In this document: positions 39,401 to 50,286 of the stretch, one piece after another
Layout: each line of letters starts with the position of its first letter
Numbering within the stretch: the first letter of the stretch is position 1
Assembly: GCA_964016885.1 (NCBI GenBank)
Contig: OZ024740.1
Coordinates: 5,270,001 to 5,334,000, forward strand
Reading direction: 5' to 3'
DNA: 64,000 nucleotides
From: Eledone cirrhosa
Lineage: Eukaryota
The notes under the pieces: generated by a model
The model's input: the letters and a program-made list of their open reading frames with translations, nothing else
What the model was told of the DNA's origin: nothing
Database searches by the model: none
Made by a program: the position numbers and the translations under genes

Positions 39401-42400
39401 GTGGTAGTGTCACCTGTAATATGGTAGTGTCATCAGTAGTGTGGTAGTGTCACCTGTAGTGTAGTAGTATCATCTGTAGTGTGGTAGTGTCACCTGTAGT
39501 GTGGTAGTGCCACCTGTAGTGTGGTAGTGTCACCTGTAGTGTGGTAGTGTCATCTGTAGTGTGGTAGTGCCATCTGTAGTGTGGTAGTGTCACCTGTAGT
39601 GTGGTAGTGTCACCTGTAGTGTGGTAGTGTCACCTGTAGTGTGGTAGTGTCACCTGTAATGTGGTAGTGTCACCTGTAGTGTGGTAGTGTCACCTGTTGT
39701 AGTAGTGTCACCTGTAGTGTGGTAGTGTCACCTGTAATGTGGTAGTGTCACCTGTAGTGTGTTAGTGTCACCTGTAAGGTGGTAGTGTCACCTGTAGTGT
39801 GGTAGTGTCTCCTGTAATGTGTTAATGTCACCAGTAGTGTGGTAGTGCCATCTGTAGTGTGGTAGTGTCACCTGTAGTGTGGTAGTGTCATCTGTAGTGT
39901 GGTAGTGTCATCTGTAGTGTGGTAGTGTCCCCTGTAGTGTGGTAGTATCACCTGTAGTGTGGTAGTATCACCTGTAGTGTGGTAGTGTCACCTGTAGTGT
40001 GGTAGTGTCACCTGTAGTATGATAGTGTTAGCTGTAATGTGGTAGTGTCACCTGTAATGTGGTAGTGTCACCTGTAGTGTGGTAATGTGTCACCTGTTGT
40101 AGTAGTGTCAACTGTAGTGTGGTTGTGTCACCAGTAGTGTGGTAGTGTCACCTGAAGTGTGGAAGTGTCACCAGTAGTGTAGTAGTGTCACCTGTAGTGT
40201 GGTAGTGTCACCTGTAGTCTGGTAGTGTCACCTGTAGTGTGGTAGTATCACCTGTAGTGTGGTAGTATCACCTGTAGTGTGGTAGTGTCACCTGTAGTGT
40301 GGTAGTGTCACCTGTAGTGTGGTAGTGTCACCTGAAGTGTGGTAGTGTCACCTGTAGGGTGATAGTATCAACTGTAGTGCGGTCGTGTCAACTGTAGTGT
40401 GGTAGTGTCACCTGTAGTGTGGTAGTGTGGTAGTGTCCCCTGTAGTGTGGTAGTGTCACCTGTAATGTGGTTATGTCACCTGTAGTGTGGTAGTGTCACC
40501 TGTAGTATGGTAGTGTCACCTGTAGTGTGGTAGTGTCACCTGAAGTGTGGTAGTGTCACCAGTAGTGTGGTAGTGTCACCTGTAGGGTGATAGTATCAAC
40601 TGTAGTGCGGTAGTGTCAACTGTAGTGTGGTAGTGTCACCTGTAGTGTGGTAGTGTGGTAGTGTCCCCTGTAGCGTGGTAGTGTCACTTGTAGTGTGGTA
40701 GTGTCACCTGAAGTGTGGTAGTGTCACCTGTAGTGTGGTAGTGTCACCTGTAATGTGGTAGTGTCACCTGTAATGTGGTAGTGTCACCTGTAGTGTAGTA
40801 GTGTCACTGTAGTGTGGTAGTGTCACCTGTAGTGTGGTAGTGTCACCTGTATGTGGTAGTGTCACCTGTAGTGTGGTAGTGTCACCTGTAGTGTAGTAGT
40901 GTCACCTGTAATGTGGTAGTGTCACCTGTAGTGTGGTAGTGTCACCTGTAAGGTGGTAGTGTCACCTGTAGCGAGGTAGTGTCACCTGTAAAGTATTAGT
41001 GTCACCTGTAGTGTAGAAGTGTCAGCTGTAGTGTTGTAGCGTCACCTGTAGTGTGGTAGTGTCACATGTAGTGTGGTAGTGTCACCTGGAGTGTGGTGGT
41101 GTCATCTGTAGTGTGGTAGTGTCACCTGTAGAGTAGTAGTGCCACCTGTAGTGTGTTAGTGTCACCTGTAGTGTGGTAGTGTCACCTGAAGTGTGGTAGT
41201 GTCACCTGTAGTGTGGTAGTGTCACCTGAAGTGTGGTAGTGTCACCTGTAGTGTGGTAGTGTCACCTGTAATGTGGTAGTGTCACCTGTAATGTGGTAGT
41301 GTCACCTGTAGTGTAGTAGTGTCACTGTAGTGTGGTAGTGTCACCTGTAGTGTGGTAGTGTCACCTGTATGTGGTAGTGTCACCTGTAGTGTGGTAGTGT
41401 CACCTGTAGTGTAGTAGTGTCACCTGTAATGTGGTAGTGTCACCTGTAGTGTGGTAGTGTCACCTGTAAGGTGGTAGTGTCACCTGTAGCGAGGTAGTGT
41501 CACCTGTAAAGTATTAGTGTCACCTGTAGTGTAGAAGTGTCAGCTGTAGTGTTGTAGCGTCACCTGTAGTGTGGTAGTGTCACATGTAGTGTGGTAGTGT
41601 CACCTGGAGTGTGGTGGTGTCATCTGTAGTGTGGTAGTGTCACCTGTAGAGTAGTAGTGCCACCTGTAGTGTGTTAGTGTCACCTGTAGTGTGGTAGTGT
41701 CACCTGAAGTGTGGTAGTGTCACCTGTAGTGTGGTAGTGTCACCTCTTGTGTAATAGTGTCACCTGTAGTGTGGTAGTGACACCTGTGGCGGGGTAGTGT
41801 CACCTGCGGTGTTGTAGTGTCACCTATAGTGTGATAGTGTCACTGTAGTGTGGTAGTGTCACCTGTAGCATGGTAGTGTCACATGTAGCGTGGTAGTGTC
41901 ACCTGTAAAGTATTAGTGTCACCTTTATTGTGGTACTGTCACCTGTAGTGTGCTGGTGTCAACTGTAGTGTGGTAGTGTCACCTATAGTGTGGTAGTGTC
42001 ACCTATAGTGTGGTAGTGTCAACTATAGTGTGGTATTGTCACCTGTAGTCTAGTAGTGACAGCAGTAAGGTGGTAGTGTCACCTGTAGAGAGCTAGTGTC
42101 ACCTGTAATGTGGCAGTGTCACCTGTAATGTGGTAGTGTCACCTGTAATGTGGCAGTGTCACCTGTAGTGTGGTAGTGTCACCTGTAGTGTGGTAGTGTC
42201 ACCTGTAATGTGGTAGTGTCACCTGTAATGTGGTAGTGTCACCTGTAGTGTGGTAGTGTCACCTGTAGTGTAGTAATGTCACATGTAGTGTGGTAGTTTC
42301 ACCTATAGTTTGGTAGTGTCACTTCTAAGGTGGTAGTGTCACCTGTATTGTGGTAGTGTCAACTGTAGTGGGGTAGTGTCATATATGGTGGGGTGGTGTC

Positions 42401-45400
42401 ACATACAGTGTGGTAGTGTCAACTGTAGTGTGGTAGTGTCACCTGTAAGATGGTAATTTCACCTGTAGTGTGGTAGTGTCACCTGTAGTGGGGTAGTGTC
42501 ACATGGAGTGGGGTAGTATCACATGCAGTGTGCTAGTGTCACCTGTAGTGTAGAAGTGTCAGCTGTAGTGTTGTAGCGTCACCTGTAGTGTGGTAGTGTC
42601 ACCTGTAGTGTGGTAGTGTCACCTGTAGTGTGGTAGCGTCACCTGTAGCGTGGTTGTCTCACCTGTAGTGTGGTAGTGTCATCTGTAAGGTGGTAGTGTC
42701 ACCTGTAGGGTGGTAGTGTCACCTGTAGTGTGGTAGTGTCATCTGTAATGTGGTAGTGTCACCTGTAGTGTGGTAGTGTCACCTGTATTGTAGTAGCGTT
42801 ACATGTAGTGTGATAGTTTCACCTATAGTGTTGTAGTGTCACCTGTAGTGTGGTAGTGTCACCTGTAATGTGGTAGTGTCACATGTAATGTGGTAGTATC
42901 AGATGGAGTGTGGTAGTGTCACCTGTAGAGTGGTAGTGTCACCTGTAGTGTGGTTGTGTCACCTGTCGTGTGGTAGTGTCGCCTGTAGTGTGGTAGTGTC
43001 ACATGTAGTGTGGTAGTGTCATCTGTAGTAAGGTAGTGTCACCTGTAGTGTGGTAGTGTCACCTGTAGTGTGGTAGTGTCACCTGTAGTGTGGTAGTGTC
43101 ACCTGTAGTGTGGTAGTGTCACTTGTAATGTGGTAGTGTCACCTGTTGTGTGGTAGTGTCCCCTGTAGTGTAGTAGTGTCACCTGTAGTGTGGTAGTGTC
43201 ACCTGTAGTGTGGTAGTGTCACCTGTAGTGTGGTAGTGTCATCTGTAGTGTGGTAGTGTCACCTGTAGTGTGGTATAGACACCAGAAAGGTGGTAGTGTC
43301 ACCTGTAGTGTGGTAGTGTACTTGTAGTGTGGTAGTGTCACCTGTAGTGTGGTAGTGTCACCTGTAGTGTGGTAGTGTCACCTGTAGTGTGGTAGTGTCA
43401 CCTGTAATGTGGTAGTGTCACCGGTAGTGTGGTAGTGTCACTTGTAGTGTGGTAGTGTCACCTGTAATGTGGTAGTGTCATCTGTAGTGTGGTAGTGTCA
43501 CCTGTAGTGTGGTAGTGTCACCTGTAGTGTTGAATTGTCGCGTGTAAGGTGGTAGTGTCACCTGTAGTGTTGTAGTGTCACCTGTAGGGTGGTAGTGTCA
43601 GCTGTAGTGTGGTTTTGTCACCTCTAGTGTGGTTCTGTCACATGTAGTATGGTAGTGTCACCTGTAGTGTGTTAGTGTCAGCTGTAGTGTAGTAGTGTCA
43701 CCCGTAGTGTTGTAGTGTCACCTGTAATGTGGTAGTGTCACCTGTAATGTGGTAGTGTCACCTGTAATGTGGTAGTGTCGGCTGTAGTGTGGCAGTGTCA
43801 CCTGTAGTGTGGTAGTGTCAAATGTAGTGTTGTAGTGTCACCTGTAGTGTGGTAATGTCACCTGTAAAGTATTAGTGTCACCTGTAGTGTAGAAGTGTCA
43901 GCTGTAGTGTTGTAGCGTCACCTGTAGTGTGGTAGTGTCACATGTAGTGTGGTAGTGTCACCTGGAGTGTGGTGGTGTCATCTGTAGTGTGGTAGTGTCA
44001 CCTGTAAGGCGATAGTGTCACCTGTAAGGTGGTAATGTCACCTGTAGTGGGGTAGTATCCCCTGTAGTGTGGTAGTGTCACCTGTAGCATGGTAGTGTCA
44101 CCTGTAGTGTGGTAGTGTCACCTGTAGTGTGGTAGTGTCACCTGTAGTGTGGTAGTGTCACCTGTAGTGTGGTAGTGTCACCTGTAGTGTGGTAGTGTCA
44201 GCTGTAGTGTGATAGTGTCACCTGTAGTGTGGTAGTGTCACCTGAAGTGTGGTAGTGTCACCTGTAGTGTGGTAGTGTCACCTCTTGTGTAATAGTGTCA
44301 CCTGTAGTGTGGTAGTGACACCTGTGGCGGGGTAGTGTCACCTGTGGTGTTGTAATGTCACCTGTAGTGTGATAGTGTCACTGTAGTGTGGTAGTGTCAC
44401 CTGTAGCATGGTAGTGTCACATGTAGCGTGGTAGTGTCACCTGTAAAGTATTAGTGTCACCTTTATTGTGGTACTGTCACCTGTAGTGTGCTGGTGTCAA
44501 CTGTAGTGTGGTAGTGTCACCTATAGTGTGGTAGTGTCACCTATAGTGTGGTAGTGTCAACTATAGTGTGGTATTGTCACCTGTAGTGTAGTAGTGACAG
44601 CAGTAAGGTGGTAGTGTCACCTGTAGAGAGCTAGTGTCACCTGTAATGTGGTAGTGTCACCTGTAATGTGGTAGTGTCACCTGTAGTGTGGTAGTGTCAC
44701 GTGTAGTGTGGTAGTGTCACCTGTAGTGTGGTAGTGTCACCTGTAATGTGGTAGTGTCACCTGTAAGGTGGTAGTGTCACCTGTAGTGTGGTAGTGTCAC
44801 CTGTAGTGTGGTATTGTCAGCAGTAGTGTGTTAACGTCACCAGTAGTGTGGTAGTGTCACCTGTAGTGTGGTAGTGTCAACTGTAGTGTGCTAGTGTCAC
44901 CTGTAGCATGGTAGTGTCAACTGTAATGTGGTAGTGTCACCTGAAGTGTGGCAGTGTCACCTGAAGTGTGGTAGTGTCACCTGTAGTGTGGTAGTGTCAC
45001 CTGTAGTGTGGTAGTGTCACCTGTAGTGTGGTAGTGTCACGTGAAGTGTGGTAGTGTCACTTGTAGTGTGGTAGTGTCACTTGTAATGTGGCAGTGTCAC
45101 CTGTAGTGTGGTAGTGTCACCTGTAGCGTGGTAGTGTCACCTCTTGTGTGATAGTGTCACCTGTAATGTGGTAGTGTCACCTGTAGTGTAGTAGTGTCAC
45201 TGTAGTGTGGTAGTGTCACCTGTAGTATGGTAGTGTCACCTGTAGTGTGGTAGTGTCACCTGTAGTGTGGTAGTGTGACCTGTAGTGTGGTAGTGTCACC
45301 TGTAGTGTGGTAGTGTCACCTGTAGTGTGGTAGTGTCACTTGTAATGTGGTAGTGTCACCTGTTGTGTGGTAGTGTCACCTGTAGTGTGGTAGTGTCACC

Positions 45401-48400
45401 TGTAGTGTGGTAGTGTACTTGTAGTATGGTAGTGTCACCTGTAGTGTGGTAGTGTCACCTGTAGTGTGGTAGTGTCACCTGTAGTGTGGTAGTGTCACCT
45501 GTAATGTGGTAGTGTCACCTGTAGTGTGGTAGTGTCATCTGTAGTGTGGTAGTGTCACCTGTAATGTGGTAGTGTCACCGGTAGTGTGGTAGTGTCACTT
45601 GTAGTGTGGTAGTGTCACCTGTAATGTGGTAGTGTCATCTGTAGTGTGGTAGTGTCACCTGTAATGTGGTAGTGTCACTTGTAGTGTGGTAGTGTCACCT
45701 GTGTGTTGCAGTGTTACCTCTAAGGTGGTAGTGTCACTTGTAGTGTGGGAGTCTCACCTGTAGTGTTGCAGTGTCGCGTGTAAGGTGGTAGTGTCAACTG
45801 TAGGGTGGTAGTGTCAGCTGTAGTGTGGTTGTGTCACCTCTAGTGTGGTTCTGTCACATGTAGTATGGTAGTGTCACCTGTTGTGTGTTAGTGTCAGCTG
45901 TAGTGTAGTAGTGTCACCCGTAGTGTTGTAGTGTCACCTGTAATGTGGTAGTGTCGGCTGTAGTGTGGTAATGTCACCTGCAGTGTGATAGTGTCACCTG
46001 AAGTGTTCTAGTGTCACCTGTAGTGTTGTAGTTACATCTATAGTGTGGTAGTGTCATCTGTAGTGTGGTAGTGTCATCTGTAGTGTGGTAGTGTCACCTG
46101 TAGTGTGGTAGTGTTACCTGTAGTGTGGTAGTGTCATCTGTAGTGTGGTAGTGTCACCTATAGTGTGGTAGTGTCACAGCTAGTATGGTAGTGTCACCTG
46201 TAATGTTATAGTGTCACCTATAGTGTGTTGGTGTCACCTGTAAGGTAGTAATGTCACCTGTATTGTGGTAGTGTCATCTATATTGGGCTAGTATCACATG
46301 GAGTGTGGCAGTGTCACCTGTAATGTGCTAGTGCCACCTGTAGTGTGGTAGTGTCACCTGTAGTGTGGTAGTGTCACCTGTAGTGTGGTAATGTCAGTGC
46401 AGTGTGGTAGTGTCACCTGAAGTGTGGTAGTGTCACCTGTAGTGTGGTAGTGTCATCTGTAGTGTGGTAGTGTCATCTGTAGTGTGGTAGTGTCACCTGT
46501 AGTGTGGTAGTGTCACCTGTAGTGTGGTAGTGTCACCTGTAGTGTGGTAGTGTCACCTGTAGTGTGGTAGTGTCACCTGTAGTGTGGTAGTGTCACCTGT
46601 AAGGTGGTAGTGTCACCTGTAATGTGGTAGTGTCACCTGTAGTGTGGTAGTGTCACCTGTTGTGTTGTAGTGTCACCTGTAGTGTGGTAGTGTCATCTGT
46701 AGTGTGGTAGTGTCATCTGTAGTGTGGTAGTGTCACCTGTAGTGTGGTAGTGTCACCTGTAGTGTGGTAGTGTCACCTGTAGTGTGGTAGTGTCACCTGT
46801 AGTGTGGTAGTGTCACCTGTAGTGTGGTAGTGTCACCTGTAAGGTGGTAGTGTCACCTGTAATGTGGTAGTCTCGGCTGTAGTGTGGTAGTGTCACATGT
46901 AGTGTGGTACTGTCAGCTGTAGTGTGGTAGTGTCACCTGCAGTGTGGTAGTGTCATCTGTAGTGTGGTAGTGTCACCTGTAGTGTGGTAGTGTCACCTGT
47001 AGTGTGGTAGTGTCACCTGTAGTGTGGTAGTGTCACCTGTAGTGTGGTAGTGTCACCTGTAGTGTGGTAGTGTCACCTGTAGTGTGGTAGTGTCACCTGT
47101 AGTGTGGTAGTGTCACCTGTAAGGTGGTAGTGTCACCTGTAATGTGGTAGTCTCGGCTGTAGTGTGGTAGTGTCACATGTAGTGTGGTACTGTCAGCTGT
47201 AGTGTGGTAGTGTCACCTGCAGTGTGGTAGTGTCATCTGTAGTGTGGTAGTGTCACCTGTAGTGTGGTAGTGTCACCTGTAGTGTGGTAGTGTCACCTGT
47301 AGTGTGGTAGTGTCACCTGTAGTGTGGTAGTGTCACCTGTAGTGTGGTAGTGTCACCTGTAGTGTGGTAGTGTCACCCGTAGTGTTGTAGTATCACCTGT
47401 AGTGTGGTAGTGTCACCTGTAGTGTGGTAGTGTCACCTGTAATGTGGTAGTGTCACCTGTAGTGTGGTAGTGTCACCTGCAGTGTGGTAGTGTCATCTGT
47501 AGTGTGGCAGTGTCACCTGTAGTGTGGTAGTGTCACATGTAATGTGGTACTGTCAGCTGTAGTGTGGTAGTGTCACCTGCAGTGTGGTAGTGTCATCTGT
47601 AGTGTGGTAGTGTCACCTGTAGTGTGGTAGTGTCACCTGTAGTGTGGTAGTGTCACCTGTAGTGTGCTAATGTCACCTGTAATGTGGTAGTGTCACCTGT
47701 AGTGTGGTAGTGTCACCTGTAGTGTGGTAGTGTCACCTGTAGTGTGGTAATGTCATCTGTAGTGTGGTAGTGTCACATGTAGTGTCACCTGTAGTGTGGT
47801 AGTGTCACCTGTAGTGTGCTAATGTCACCTGTAATGTGGTAGTGTCACCTGTAGTGTGGTAGTGTCACCTGTAGTGTGGTAGTGTCACCTGTAGTGTGGT
47901 AATGTCATCTGTAGTGTGGTAGTGTCACATGTAGTGTCACCTGTAATGTGGTAGTGTCAATTGTAGTGTGGTAGTGTCACCTGTTGTGTGGTAGTGTCAC
48001 CTGTAATGGGGTAGTGTCACCGGTAGTGTGGTAGTGTCATCTGAGTGCACTATTGTCACCTGTGGTGTGGTAGTGTCACCTGTAGTGTGGTAGTGTCACC
48101 TGAAGTGTGGTAGTGTCACCTGTAGTGTGGTAGTGTCACCTGTAATGTGGTAGTGTCACCTGTAGTGTGGTAGTGTCACCGGTAGTGTAGTAGTGTCACC
48201 TGAAGTGTGGTAGTGTCACCTGTAGTGTGGTAGTGTCACCTGTAATGTGGTAGTGTCACCTGTAGTGTGGTAGTGTCACCGGTAGTGTGGTAGTGTCACC
48301 TGTAGTGTGGTAGTGTCACCTGTAATGTGGTAGTGTCACCTGTAGTGTGGTAGTGTCACATGTAGTGTAGTAGTGTCACCTGAAGTGTGGTAGTGTCACC

Positions 48401-49032
48401 TGTAGTGTGGTAGTGTCACCTGTAATGTGGTAGTGTCACCTGTAGTGTGGTAGTGTCACCGGTAGTGTGGTAGTGTCACATGTAGTGTCACCTGTAGTGT
48501 GGTAGTGTCACCTGTAGCGTGGTAGTGTCAATTGTAATGTGGTAGTGTCACCTGTTGTGTGGTAGTGTCACCTGTAGTGTGGTAGTGTCACCTGTAGTGT
48601 GGTAGTGTCACCTGTAGTGTGGTAGTGTCATCTGTAATGTGGTAGTGTCACATGTAGTGTCACCTGTAGTGTGGTAGTGTCACCTGTAGCGTGGTAGTGT
48701 CAATTGTAATGTGGTAGTGTCACCTGTTGTGTGGTAGTGTCACCTGTAATGGGGTAGTGTCATCTGAGTGCACTATTGTCACCTGTAGTGTGCTAGTGTC
48801 ACCTGTAATGGGGTAGTGTCACCGGTAGTGTGGTAGTGTCATCTGAGTGCACTATTGTCACCTGTGGTGTGGTAGTGTCACCTGTAGTGTGGTAGTGTCA
48901 CCTGTAGTGTGGTAGTGTCACCTGTAATGTGGTAGTGTCACCTGTAGTGTGGTAGTGTGACCTGTAGTGTGGTAGTGTCATCTATAGTGGGTTAGTGTCA
49001 CATGGAGTGTGGTAGTGACACCTATAATATGG
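401..49032. repeat. 20-bp tandem satellite array, consensus TGTAGTGTGGTAGTGTCACC, ~48.6 kb, ~2,400 monomers
   Basis: Directly visible 20-bp period throughout, in one orientation. Monomers degenerate at both edges (tagtgttacctgaatggtgg at 401; cctataatatgg at 49021). Stop codons occur in the repeat reading on both strands. Confidence 0.99.
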
Positions 49033-49340
49033 CCCTTCTAAATTTGTAAGCTAATTCACCTCTAGGGGTTGTATCGATGAACATTACACTCTGGTATTAA
49101 TTGCTATCATACCATGAGTTTATTCTATTGGCCTTGTTCCTAGTTCTTTCTATTCTATTCCAAAATTTGCTCCTGTACAAGGGGCAGGTCCCATTTATAT
49201 CATTATTTACCATTTTTCCCATTTTGTTCTGGCTCCTCTATAGTGGGGGTGTCTTAACTACGATGTTTATATCATCTACGTAGTGGAAGTACATTATCAG
49301 GGTTAAGCTGTCTTCTAATTGTTCTTTAAGTTTAAGTTTA
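49031..49340 (-). pseudogene. Inverted, internally deleted RT/linker fragment of a Penelope-like element (Naiad-like)
   Basis: Hand translation of the minus strand gives KLKEQLEDSLTLIMYFHYVDDINIVVK (YVDD at 49271-49282). After a deletion/frameshift it continues MVNNDINGTCPLYRSKFWNRIER...SWYDSN*YQSVMFIDTTPRGELAYKFRRA. Confidence 0.85.
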
Positions 49341-49351
49341 GTACAAATTAG

Positions 49352-49849
49352 TACAAATTTAGAAGGGCCCTAAATAAACATAAACTCAATATTAAGATAG
49401 TAGAAAGACCAGGTACCTCCGTAAAAACACTTATTAGCAAGACATACCCGTTCCAAAGACCCTCATGTATAGATAAGAAATGTATAACCTGTAAAATAAG
49501 CCCCCATATTAACTGTAAAACTAGAAATGTAGTGTATAGCATAAGATGTACTGAAGGACAATGTAGAAACAAAAATATAGTGTACATTGGTGAGACAGCT
49601 CGTAGTATAGGGGAACGGTTAAATGAACACTGGTGAGACCTTCAAGATAATAAAGAATCATCTGTACTCTACCAACATGCTAAGATAGAACACAAGGGTA
49701 AATTAGAGAACATAGAAATAAAAATAGAATCTACACACAGAAAAGATGCAATGTTTAGACAAATTACAGAGGCAATAAACATAAAAGAATTACAACCAAA
49801 ATTAAATAGAAAATATGAGTGGAACAGCAACATCACAACTTACAATTAA
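49352..49849 (+). pseudogene. Penelope-like element Cys-rich linker plus GIY-YIG endonuclease, with one in-frame TGA (49634-49636)
   Basis: Hand translation: YKFRRALNKHKLNIKIVERPGTSVKTLISKTYPFQRPSCIDKKCITCKISPHINCKTRNVVYSIRCTEGQCRNKNIVYIGETARSIGERLNEHW*DLQDNKESSVLYQHAKIEH...FRQITEAINI...LNRKYEW. It has the VVY...YIGET..R..EH motifs of PLE GIY-YIG domains. Not in the ORF track. Confidence 0.92.
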
Positions 49850-49958
49850 GGACAAAATGAAAACACACACACACATAGAACAAACAACCAACCAATAACA
49901 TGTAAATAAATAAACAAATAGATAAATGAACACAAACACACACAGACACCTGGATGTG

Positions 49959-50107
49959 GCGCATGCGCAAAGTGAGCACACAACACACACACAGAAACAA
50001 AATGGCGTAGGACAGAAGAAAGGAAAGGCACAGAAACAAAGAAAGGAATCCCCAGTCACTGAAGAGGTCACAGAGTGTGTGACGAAAGGACTATGACTAT
50101 ATATAAA
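49959..50107 (+). promoter_or_regulatory. Candidate pLTR promoter motifs: NRF1-like GCGCATGCGCA, YY1-like CAAAATGGCG, TATA-like TATATAAA
   Basis: Motif matches at 49959-49969, 49998-50007 and 50098-50107, upstream of an ATG at 50231. Motif match only. Confidence 0.35.
50054..50098 (+). ncRNA. Minimal type I hammerhead ribozyme motif
   Basis: AGTCA-CTGAAGA-G-GTCACA(GAGTG)TGTGAC-GAAA-GGA-CTA-TGACT. Stem I is AGTCA/TGACT, stem II has 6 bp, the CUGANGA and GAAA core is intact, and the NUH triplet is CUA. It lies in a PLE pLTR, where such ribozymes are established. Confidence 0.85.
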
Positions 50108-50248
50108 CAACTATCTGGTTGTGGAACAAACCAACCAACCAGAAATTTATAAGTTTGTAAATTTATAAATTTATAAATATATAATAAATTGAAGTGAAAG
50201 CAACTGGTGCGTGTGTTTCTTATTGGCAACATGACCCTCCCAAAGTAT

Positions 50249-50252
<4 letters not shown>

Positions 50253-50282
<30 letters not shown>
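50253..50282. repeat. (AT)n microsatellite
   Basis: Direct. Confidence 0.95.

Positions 50283-50284
<2 letters not shown>

Positions 50285-50286
<2 letters not shown>

Larger units (their letters stand above)
49031..50256 (+). mobile_element. Rearranged Penelope-like retroelement copy (inverted 5' part, EN, 3' UTR/pLTR) ending in (AT)n
   Basis: RT and EN remnants, a hammerhead motif at 50054-50098, and a terminal segment (~50172-50256) repeated at 53001-53074 and 53104-53177. Confidence 0.85.

Noticed and set aside
401-49032. CRISPR array or telomeric repeat
   Set aside because: There are no unique spacers. The array is internal, with unique flanks on both sides, and lacks G-run telomere motifs.
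401-49032. Similarity to the SP6 promoter (AGGTGACACTA on the minus strand)
   Set aside because: Only 11 bp match. Natural divergence and degenerate edges argue against vector or primer concatemer contamination.
49634-49636. In-frame TGA as selenocysteine (reported for some Naiad PLEs)
   Set aside because: It falls after EHW, not at a conserved Cys, and fits CGA-to-TGA decay. No SECIS-like hairpin is evident in the A/C-rich 3' UTR, and the copy has other lesions.
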